From: Phoronis australis
Taxonomy: Eukaryota > Animalia > Phoronida
Reading direction: 5' to 3'
NCBI GenBank assembly: GCA_002633005.1
Contig: NMRA01000247.1
Coordinates: 327,873-391,872, forward strand
DNA: 64,000 bases
The notes under the pieces are model-generated. The model saw nothing but the letters and a program-made list of their open reading frames with translations, made no database searches and was not told the origin of the DNA. The position numbers were made by a program, and so were the translations under genes. The first letter of the stretch is position 1. Each line of letters begins with the position of its first letter. Shown here one piece after another: positions 38,907 to 50,191 of this stretch.

Positions 38907-41900
38907 ATGGACAAGCCGGTAGGTGCTTGAGGTGTACCTTAGTTTTCCTAACTTTTTGTGATTTCTATCGGAAGTTTTTGCTATTATTTTCGTCAACAAG
39001 TTGATTTTGCGTCTTGGACGAATTGATGATTGTTGATGTCTGTCACTGCTGAGTGCTGGGTCAGAGTCGTTTGTCTGTCTGTCAGTGATTTTAGTCTTAA
39101 TCTGAATTGTGTTATAGGTGTATTACAAATTCAAACGTTCTGGTTCGCTTTACAGGAAGGTTTAACTTTGAAATTACTTGGCATATGTTCTACAAATCCT
39201 GAGCCCAAGGCCCTACTAGAGTAGAGGCAATCTAAACTTGAAATAATCTCCAACCTGGGCCTATTGCAGGGCTGTGACTGTGTGAACTTGGTGTGTAATT
39301 CGTTTTTTTTTTTGTACCTTTTTGAAACAGTTGAAGTGTATTTGCATGCTAACCATGTCATCTAGGTATGCAGCTGTTTTTTTATTTTAAAATGAGATCA
39401 CAGAAGAAATAATTCATTGTGTATTTGTACAATGGTGAACTTAATCATAACCATATGTTTTTTTGTTAGCCCACTAGACACTTGTGCGTCTTAACAAAAC
39501 CAGTATTTAGGAATAAGTTATCTGATGAATACTAGCTTCAACCTTTTAATAAGTTTGTACAGCTCTTTGATGAATCGTATATTTGTAATTTTCTTAGAAA
39601 ACTGTATTTAAACTTGCAGATGTACTTCCAGTGAATCATATGAACCTTTGTTAGCCACTCATTAATGGGCAATTTCCTATTAGCCACACGGTTAGCTTGC
39701 TTGCTGGTTTTATCGGGGTCACAGGTTCGATTCCCGTGCCGGGTGATCTCAGCAATTACTGCAATTGGCGTAGTCGGCAAACAGGTGATCTACCGATGCA
39801 ACACGGCCAACTAGAACCTACGGATGGCAGGCATGTTGTGATGATGGTAAAAGCTCCAGGAGTCAACTTGTATGAGAGACAACCCTGTGCTCACTTGCGT
39901 TGTGGCGGTAAAAATACCAAAGGAATTTGATGTCCTGTACGCGAGACAATCTGGTGTTCATCTTCCTGGTGGCGAAAGGAAGAAATGTTGTAGACATGCT
40001 TCCAGTGAATCACACGAGCTTCTCTTAGCCACTCGCTAACAGCCTGAATCATTAGCATGCTTGCCGGCTATATCAGAGTAACTGGTTCGATTCCTGGGTG
40101 GGGTGATCTCACCATTTACTGCAAAGTTTTTAAATCAAGCCATCTTTTGAATGTTGTCATCACATGCTCAAAGCGCTTACTGCAATCCAAAGCTTTGTAC
40201 AAACGCTGAGCAGAGCAATTGTCAAAAAGCTGTAAATATAAAATTAGACAGATCCACCATCTCTGTTATCATGGTGAGACACACAGACAGACACATCCTA
40301 TAGAGCCTTATTGAAGTTTTGCATTATATCTCACCCTAGTGATAGCATCAGTGTCATGCTGTTTTTGTACCTGTTGTGTAGTAAGCACCTTTCAACTTGA
40401 TCATGTACTTTAGCAATTGCAATTTCCTTTCGATAGGTTCTATCCTTCATTAGCAAATTTCTTGGCGAATCAAATTAGGTGCACGACATCATTGTTTTGA
40501 CATTTCAATCAGAGTTTTAAGAATTTTGTTGTTGAAACAAGGTTTATTCTCAGTGCTGACGATCGTGACAGTCAACTGCCTTGAAAGCGAGATGTTTACA
40601 ACTTAACCACAGGAATCGCCAATGCTGAATCTTGACCTGCAGTTTAGATCTTTTGACTGACATATGGTTGAAATGACATAAGAGCAACAACAAGGCATTG
40701 AGATCATTATGTATGCCAAACATTGTTCCACAACTAAACATATACTGCGACTCAAGTTCAAGTCTGATTATGGTGTCAAGGACGGAACATATCGGACCAA
40801 ACTATGAGAACAGACTCCATGAAGCTAAACGAAAAAGTTTGTCATGTCTCCAGACAATCAAAAATTGCCGCTATAGACAGCTATTATCGGCATCATCGTC
40901 ACTGGAAGCTGCAACAGTTGTGACAAGCTTCCCACATCAAGGTCTGCACACAGTCATTGCCATTCTGAAACTTTTGTTTCTCGACCGTCCCATTTATCAA
41001 ACCTTTTAAATATGGTGAATGTTCATGGGCGGCACACCATAGGGGGCTGGGAAGGCTATAGCCTCTCCAATTTTTTCAGTGCTGTGCTGCTCATGGTCTA
41101 TGGGCTGTGCACCACAGGGGGGCTGGGAGCTATAGCCCCCTTTTTTTAGTGCTGCGCCGCCCATGATGTTGTAAGTGTGCAAAAATAACAAGTATTACAT
41201 AAGTCGTCATGCATCACAGTAAGCATTTTGTTTCTATAACATTTGTAAGTTTTTCTCCAACAATGTGGACATTGTGGTAAACTATTTGATGGGGAAGTCA
41301 CTTTAGTAGTCCAGATCTCCACCAAACCTTACATGCATTCCATGGACACAAGAACCTGGTGAAAACTTAAGATCACATGAGATTTCGACAGCTTCCTGCG
41401 TCATTATTGCCTGTACAAAACACGCGAGTGCAGTACCAACTCCAAGTGAAAGTAGTCTTACAATTTGTCACAGCTCAATGCAGTGTGTGGTTTTGTAATT
41501 TCAGACATAATTCAATGGCTTCTGTAACACAAAGATGAGACAGATTTTTTGAGATAGTATGAATAGCGGATGCAGGTTGGTCTGCTTGTATGTAAGTCCG
41601 CGTCAAGATTAAGAAATATACATAAATGTTCTAACAAAAATTGTTACTTATGAATTTGTGTTGAAACTGCAGATGAAACGTGTGTGCTCAAAATACACTT
41701 GTCTGCTATAATGAGGTAGACAAACAAATTTACTGTTCTGATGATGTTAACAACCTTTGGGGTTGTTTGTTGGTGACATGTTGACTCTTGAGTAGAAATG
41801 CATTCAAAGAACCCTGGAAAGGAATAAGATGTGTTATCTGAGCCTCATTTTAAAGAGAGTATGGCTTATGTGATTATTTTTTGCACATTGTGTAATTCCG

Positions 41901-44900
41901 GTGCTTTTTTCATTTTCTTGCAGCTTTTGAAAATATTTGTTCTGTGATCCACAGGAGATGTATTGATTGAATTGTGAAACTAGTTGTGTGTTTTGCTGTT
42001 CTACGTGGCAACAGTGAGACATTTTTCAGTGAATTGAATTCAGATAACAAGCATTTGTGCCTATAGTATTGAAACACACTGAACCAAAGCAATGTCACAT
42101 ATGGGCAATGCTCAGCCTATTCTCACGGCTGATTTGAGTTCTACATCAATAACAAGCATGATGGTGTGATTTATGATCTTATGAGGGGTTTTGGTCACAT
42201 TTCAATGTTGCCAAAAGAATTTTAATTAGTCTTAGTTTCTGGGACAATAACGAGCAATTGTGTACAAATCGGCCGAACATAGGCCAAGCGTCTCCCAAAG
42301 CCGTCAAGGTTTGCCAACTATTTGGTATTGCCTGACAATCTACAGATCATCGAGTGATTGTCATCCAACATTGCCCGATAACGGCGATAACCTGCCAATA
42401 TCAGGACTGTGCTTGAGACATCTGATTTTTGATGTTGGTGCTCCCTATAATGTCTCAATCATTGCCTGACTGTTACCTGAGGTGATTATTTTTTACCCAG
42501 AAACTTGTCAAGTCGTGTCAGAACCTTTATCAGTCTATGCAACTCAGGTGCAAATCTGTGTGAATGGTGGGCTACTTCAAAAGTGCACTTACGTCTTGTT
42601 TTTCTTCACTCACTTTGTGTTATGCTCTCGAGCATATTTATTTTTATTTTACATTTGTCTTGGTTGAGACATCCTCTGTTGGCCTAGTTGTAAAGGCAAC
42701 AGGTTCATGACATTAAGTTTAAATGTTCTGTTACACCTTTTGGATGAGCTTTTGTTACCAAAATTGTTGGCGGAGTTTCTTCTCAGTTTTCAGTGTAAAT
42801 ACATTACAACCAAGATCAGATGGTAGTCTTAAACGAACACCTTCACCATGCTAGTAGTAGAATCGTGTGTGCGGTTTTTAATGTTAACCATGTAACCGCG
42901 GAATGAACGTGAAGATTAATACTAGTGTGATTCCTTTAGCTGAACATTTCAATTTTGTTACAGTGCCAAATTCAGGTGAAGCTTGAGCTCGGGCATCGCG
43001 CTGAGATACGCAAGAAGCCAACATCCACTGGCATGACACATGACTGGTGTGTGTTTGTGCGCGGGCCCGAGGGGAGGAGCATTCATTCCTTCATTGACAA
43101 AGTCGTATTCCACTTGCATGAGAGCTTTCCAAAACCGAAACGAGGTAGGCTGATTTTTTATTGAAATCATGGTTACTGTATATTTGTTAAAGCTCTGCAT
43201 CCACATTCTATGAAATAAACTTTCTTGGTTTTCAGTGCCCTGTGGTGCCTTCATTTTGGGGCCGAATATCAGACTCAGTCCCTGATGAAAAATATGTGAA
43301 AATCACACAAAATTCTCCTGATCAGGCTGAAAATTCACTTCCAATAATTAAAAGGTTCCCCTCAAAGTTAAAATTGGACTAAATCTTAAAAACATTAGTT
43401 TTGGCCACGTGAGGCATTGCTGATGACGTGTGGGGACCAGGGGGGTTGGTACTGATGGTGACGGGGGGAAATTTCCCTCAGTCAAAAAAGTCTCCTCTCA
43501 GAAGGCACAGTCATCTTTCCACTAAGCTGAGTGAGGGTCCCTAGATTTAGTCCAGTTTCTGTTATTAACTCGCTTTCAAATTGTTCTTTGCTTAGATTAG
43601 ACTGAATTGATTTCGAGACTTGAGAATAACGTACCTGAGTTAAAAAGTTTGCTTGACATGTTATGTTGTCTTGTGTGCTCTCCCAGTCACAAACTATCAG
43701 TTCTTCCCAGTCGCGTATAAACGATATTGTCCCCAGGTACAAGTGTATTCCTGTCATTTTTACCTAAGCTTCTGCTGGTCTTCTACAGTTGTGAAGGAGC
43801 CTCCCTATGAGCTACATGAGTGTGGCTACGGCTCGTTCGAGCTGCCTATCGACATCTACTTTAAGAACAATGAGGAGCCAAAGAAAATCACGTTTGCCTA
43901 TGAGCTATTTCTGCAGCTGCCTGATCAGCCACCCATCTACAACGTGCGCTGCGAGAAGTTGACCTTTCAGAACCCCACGCCCGACTTCAAGAAGAGGCTG
44001 ATCAAGGCTTGTGGAGTAAGTACCCACTTGTTTGAGCTTACGAGTACAGTTTGTCAAAATGATTTATAATTTTTGTGAAATCTGTGTTTACTGTTAATCA
44101 TTCACTTCAAAGTAATTTTAATTTTATTTTTTGGCTTCATGTAAAAGTTAACATTATTCGCAGGAGCTCCTCCGGCCACACCAGCCAAGTGACCACAGTG
44201 ATGACGAAGGTAGCAATAGTGAGGAAGACGACAATGACAAGTCGTCAGCCTCGTCCTCGCCTTCATCAGCTCCGTCCTCACCTCCACGTCAGCCCATGGC
44301 ACAAGTGCATAGTGCCAAACCTCTGCCCCTGCCCTCTGCCAAGAACCCCACCACCAGGGCAGTGCCCATGGCTGCAGTGAAGCCACTGCAGCAGCAGCAG
44401 GCCTCCCCTCATGAGACAGCAGGACGCCCTGCTCAGCCAACATCAGTCGAATCTCAGCCCTTCACTGAGTTGTTTGGAACCCCAGTAAAGCTAGACAGTG
44501 TAAAGAAGACGAAGATTAGCAGCTCATCAAAGGTAATAGATCAACAAAAGCTGTTGCTTATGCATGTATACTAGTAGACCTTGTACACTGATATAAATGC
44601 ATTGTGGTGTTTACTCTGATTTTCTTTTAAGTGGTCCATGAATCCATTTCTATCTGTAACCGTACATTTTCAGAATATTTCTTTGTGGACTACATTTGGT
44701 CATTTTAAAGATGATTAATATGAGTAAGGGGAAAATGTCTACAAACTTTGTTGTAATCTTTCATGTCATCCACTCAGCAGGTACATGTTATGATAGTCTA
44801 CTCACTACACGAGTACATTTTGTGATAGTCTTCTCACTACACGAGTACATTTTGTGATAGTCTACTCACTACATGAGTACATTTTGTGATAGTCTACTTA

Positions 44901-46689
44901 CTACACGAGTACATTTTGTGGTAGTCTTGTCACTACACGTGTACATTTTGTGATAGTCTTGTCACTACACGAGTACATTTTGGGATAGTCTACTTATTAC
45001 ACGAGTACATTTTATGATAGTCTACTCACTACACAAGTACATTTTGTGATAGTCTTCTCACTACACAAGAACATTTTGTGATAGTTTACTCGCTACACGA
45101 GTACATTTTGCGATAGTCAACTCACTACATGAATACATTTAATTATAGTCTACTCACCGTTCAAGTACATTTTGTGATAATCTACTCACTACACGAGTAC
45201 ATTTTGTCTTAGTCTACCCACTACCTGAGTACATTTTGTGGTAGTCTACTCACTACATGAGTACAATTTGTGATAGTCAATTCACTACATGAATACATTT
45301 TATTATAGTCTACTCACCATACAAGTACATTTTGTGATAATCTACTCACTACCTGAGTACATTTTGTGGTAGTCTACTCACTACACGAGTACAATTTGTG
45401 ATAGTCAACTCACTACACGAGTACATTTTTGATAGTGTTCTCACTACACTAGTACAGTGCTCCTAGTAGGCACATTTTGTGGTAGTCTACTCACTACACA
45501 TATATTGCATGATGATTGTTGTTTACAGGAATCCTCATCAAAACACCACAGTAAGGAATCTGGCAAGCATGCTAAGAAAAGGAGCCCAGATTCCCATGAT
45601 GAGACAGCTACCAAGAAACGGAAATCTTCCTCATCACATCAGCCGGATGATCGGCAGTCAGATAAGAAAAAATCTGATAAAAAATCCAGAGAGAAGTCAT
45701 CCTCCAAGAAAGAAGACTCTTCGTCCAGCCATCGCAAAAGCCACAAGTCATCCAGGCAGAGTCATACCTCAGGCAGCAAGGGACTACCGAGCGAAAAGTC
45801 TGTTTTGCCTTCTTTTGCAGATGAAGTGTGTACCGTGTCTGACGAAGATTCTTGGAGTGATTCATTCCCTTCGGGGAAAGACATCAAAACCACTCCAGAA
45901 TCGCCGATGTGCCACGCACCCAAGTCAGTCATGAAGAAATCTCCCTGTAGTCAATCACAGTCTTCCCATAATTCCACTCATTCGAGTGACAGCAAGAAGG
46001 CTAGCCCTTTAAGTGATGGGAAGACCTCAAACAAAAAATCGCCAAGTTCCTGTTCACCGAAACATGCCAGCAAGTTGCCATCATCTGATCACTATGGTGC
46101 TAAAAAGAAAGAGAAATCAGAAAACGATGATAAGCAACATGGCCAGAATAGCTCAAAGTCATCTTTTAAAAAGTCGTTGAGCTCTGTTGTGGCGGAGCTG
46201 AATAGTGACGAGGATGATGACTCAGCAGACATTGATGTCAAGTCGAGTAAGGAGAAGAAACATCGGAAGCACAAGGTGTCAGAAAAACATCAATGGCAGC
46301 TCGAACGGAGACACTCAAAGGAGAAAATGTCGGTGGGTAAAAGTAGCAAAGATAGTGGTCATGTTGACAAGTCACCGTCTACAGAAAATTCAGTAAAATC
46401 AGACAGAGCTATCGCCAAACTGTCTGAGTCTGTTACCGATGATGTCTGTGAAGAGAAACGAAAGTCGGAATCAAAAAAATGTGCTAAAGCACCCAACGGG
46501 GCTCTAGTGAGTGATTTGTTGGAGATCCAGGCTCTTCTCATGCAGTTGCAGAACCGTGACAAGCTACGCAAGGTGGCCGGTATTATATTTGAGACGGGAC
46601 ACTACTCCACGGATGGGTCTACGTTTGATTTTGACCTGTGTAATCTTAGCCATGACACAATACAGAAAATGAAATCTTTCTTACAATAG
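38907..46689 (+). CDS. MLLT3/MLLT1: AF9/ENL-family YEATS-domain transcription elongation factor (MLLT3/MLLT1 co-orthologue), 649 aa, 5 coding exons
   Basis: Exons: 38907-38918 (MDKP), 42964-43144 ([13 protein letters not shown]...[12 protein letters not shown]...[11 protein letters not shown]), 43789-44015 (VVKEPPY...GYGSF...CEKLTFQNP), 44164-44532 and 45529-46689 (Ser/Lys-rich linker then AHD: [15 protein letters not shown]). Total 1950 nt, GT-AG introns, in phase. Confidence 0.95.
39618..40123 (+). mobile_element. tRNA-related SINE-like / tandem element with two Pol III B-boxes
   Basis: Direct repeat (cttccagtgaatca...ttagccactc...GGTTCGATTCC...gggtgatctca...ttactgca) with a period of about 370 bp. 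Confidence 0.45.
41024..41165. mobile_element. Small hAT-like MITE with apparent 5-bp TSD
   Basis: TIR CATGGGCGGC...GCCGCCCATG flanked by ATGTT on both sides; internal duplication of gggggctggga..gctatagcc. Confidence 0.6.
44780..45501. repeat. 32-bp minisatellite (about 22 copies) in the last AF9/ENL intron
   Basis: Unit gagtacattttgtgatagtctactcactacac with variants; the array ends about 27 bp before the acceptor at 45528. Confidence 0.95.
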
Positions 46690-47253
46690 ACTCGTGGAAG
46701 CTAATGTATTGTACCGTTCACATGAGGGTTAAAATGATGATAAATTTCTTTTTTAAAGGCCAACAAACTTGATTATATGATGTCTACATGTATTACATGT
46801 TCAACTTTTTAGCACCTACAAGTGTGTTCCCAAATTCATTTTACCTAATTTTTTTAACCGAGTGCAATGATTTGATAACTTTTTGTCATTTCCAGAAAAT
46901 TTCTGTGCGCATTACCTGGAATTTTTATCGTGCTTAAATTTTTTCTTTCATGTTTGCATAATACCTAAAGCCTGCCTTCTAGATTTATTAAACAGTGGCT
47001 GCTGAATCTTGCTCCTTCCTTGGTTTTGTACATCATCTGTTGGAGATACGAGTTTCTGTTTTTCATATGCATCCAGTACTTACAAACAGGATTCTGTAGT
47101 CATACAGTGGGTACTGTACTTGTTTAACCAGTTATGACCAACTTTTGCACAACTGTTTTGTTTTGTTGTGTTACTGACACTCGACGTGAATGTACAATGT
47201 AACAATGCAAAGTTGTAGTGTTGGTGTGTTGCCAAGCTAGAATTGCTTTTTAA

Positions 47254-50191
47254 GGTTGTGTAGGACCTTAGAAAAATGAGTAATTTTGGCTTAACTTCGA
47301 ATCATATTTCATGAGTGGTTGATGAGGTTCACTTCGGATACTATACTTTATTAACTGCTCGTTGCATGAGGGGTTATTTATAGATATTTGACTAAAACGA
47401 AACTTGTCAACAAGGACTTGCCTAACCTTAAATTCAAGCTGTGATGTCCTTGTGTTTGCTAGGTGGCCTTTGTGTGTCATCAACGTTAAAACTACAAGTT
47501 ACAGGATGCAGCAAAAACGTTGGCACGTGTTCAATATTGTGACTAAATCTATAAGATTCCATACGAGTTAGTTTGCAGTTGAGCATCTGGAAAGTGAAAA
47601 TTGGTGCTTCCATGTCTGGTATGAAGGTGCGATACTGTGTCTTTAATTGTCTCTCTGTGTAAATAGACTACATCTATTGGTACTTGTGTACTAGTCTTAT
47701 TATTGAGTTCTAAAATGTCTGTTATTTCAGTTACGAGATTTGTATCAGTAGTTAAAGCAGTGTGCAGTCTGAGGTTGCTGCTTTGTAAAAATATTTATCT
47801 CATGATTTCACCTGGTCATGGGGGTTTTGTCGGAGTTGCTCCTTCAAATTCCTGTTGGTATGTCATTATTCACAAGATTTTGCTGGATACCGTTATCTGT
47901 GTGTGGTGTTTTGAAGCCATTCCCATATACCTGTTGCAGGACTTTCAGTTCTACATCACCGGATACTGTTCTAATACCTTGATGTCGCATTCAAAGAATG
48001 TTGCTTTCTTAATACTATTTAGAAAAAAATGTGACCTTTCATTTTTGTATGCTATACCTTGTGTTTTGTGCCATATCAGTTTCTAAAGGCTGTTCTGTCC
48101 ATTCCAATAGTTTTCCCCCGTGTGTTTTAAGCAGTGTTGCTTGGTACAAGATTTGTATTTGTAGTTTTGAGTGTGCGAAGATTATTGTGTAATACTGTGT
48201 AAACATACTGAGTGACATGTGTGTTCAGTTCTCAGTCGAGTTCTGTTTGTGTCACTTAGTTTGAGGCTTGTTTGAAGTTATACCTTCAACTGTCTGAAAA
48301 GTATTCTGTAATCCCATATCGTATCCACTTTTCTTATTTTCATGGTTACTTATAAGGGTCATCAAAGTTTATGAATTCCAAGTATGGGGGCCACATAGTC
48401 CATATATTGGGTGGGGGTGCCGCTGTACTTTGAGACAATGGCAAACATATATCAATGTTGATACGAAAGCTTCAATTTTATTCCCCAATATGTATATCAA
48501 AGGCTGAGAATATGTAGCATACTTGTACGTACTTGAAACCCAGCTTTAGACACCTTCCTGGAAACTACGAAGTCAAATACTATTTCCTAGCTTTTTACCA
48601 CTTGATGTTTACGGTATATGGTATTTAGTGTAAAGTATGGAAATTAGCTGTCCACAGTCCATGTAGCTGAAAAATATGTATGATCTTTACAACAAGAATT
48701 TGAAGAACTAGTACCATTTTTCCCAAGACTAAAAATGCTATTTTATCCATGCGTCCTATATACCCTTTTTTACTGGGTGTCCCAAGTTCGACCATGTTAA
48801 GCAATAGTAAGGCCCAGGGCACAGATCAGCCGTTGGCTCCATAACCTCTACAACACACTTTACTGTGGGCCCCAACCCCCCCAGTTTGCCAGTAATTTCA
48901 TTAAAGTACCTGACTGTGTGGCATGACCTATTACTTGGTTTATCCTGCATACAGTTTCATGTTCTGTTGGAAATGGATAGGATCATGTCGTTGTGGTAGA
49001 CAGTTGCAGGGTAAATTGGCTAAATCCAGTTTTAATGCCTATTAAATATTTTGATTTTAAAGCCCTCAATAAGTGCCTTTGAAGTCTTGTGTAAGGTCTG
49101 TGCCAATGTTTGAATGCATGCTGTTCTCATGGCTTGCACAGCACTGAAATAAGTGGGGCACTATAGTCGCCCTACGGTGTGCCGCCCATGATTCTAGATA
49201 AAAATAAAACAACTTTGTGGTGCAGTCATTCAAGTACGATATTTTTCATGAAAGTTAACCTTTGTTTCATTTTGCATTTTTTGCATAATATGAAATTTCA
49301 GAAGACTACATAATTAACATGTTGTTGGCATAGCAAACCTAATAATTTTTATTGCACTATTGTTTCATGGATTTTGTAAAATTTAATAGTTAAATTTTGT
49401 GAACTCTTGTATTCTCTATGTTGGACATCGGCACACCCCTGTATTGTCACGTGACCAGAAAACATTTGGGAAGTACCTTTCTACTACATTCTGGGCCTAC
49501 TTGTAAAAAAATTATTAGTAGATTGTCCAAAACATGGCGAAATGAACTGTAGCCTTTTTTTTGTTGGAGGCCGCTGAAACTTCATTCTGGGAAACCCCGC
49601 AAACAGTAGAATTTTTGTTGTTGCTTCATAAGCAAGCCCATGAGCGTATATGGCTTGTTTGCGAAAGTTTAGTGTTGAAAATTGTTTCTAGACACGGAAA
49701 GTTTGGTTATGTTGGCTATGCAACAGGAATGTGGTCAGTGATGAATCCAGTTAGTAGCCTTGAGCCATGCAATGGTACTTTCTTCTTTTTAGGTAATATA
49801 GTACCCTGGAAATACATCCAAATTTTGCTAAACTTGTAACGTCATGTCTTGGAAATGACCGATTGAAATGTATTCGTGTGAAACTCAGATACTATGCCTT
49901 GTGCATTGTTCTCCAAAATGTTGCTGGAGGTTCTACGAAAAATAGGAGTCACACTATTTTTCTGAATTTCTGAAAAAAATAAAAAGTTGCATGAAATGTC
50001 ATTGATACCATGGTTTTGCTATGAATGTACCTCTCTTTCTAAAAAAGACATGGTGACATGACCCAGTTGATGGCAGATTGATGTAAAGACAAAAAAACAA
50101 ATTCTAAGGCTTTCTGTTTTCAAAAACTTATACTGAGTTTTGTTGATATTTGGCTAAACGCACCAACTTTTCAATAAGGTCCTACATAACC
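47254..50191. mobile_element. Kolobok-like non-autonomous element with TTAA TSD, about 2.9 kb
   Basis: TTAA|GGTTGTGTAGGACCTTA ... TAAGGTCCTACATAACC|TTAA (16/17 TIR match); purine-purine termini. Confidence 0.7.

Noticed and set aside
39700-39745. tRNA gene
   Set aside because: A B-box is present but there is no cloverleaf; treated as SINE-like.
44780-45501. 32-bp repeats resembling a CRISPR array (also 8311-8530)
   Set aside because: Units are contiguous with no unique spacers, there are no cas genes, and they lie in eukaryotic introns.
45457-45528. N-terminus of the 410-aa ORF as a separate gene start
   Set aside because: This is intronic minisatellite sequence; the exon starts after the AG at 45528.
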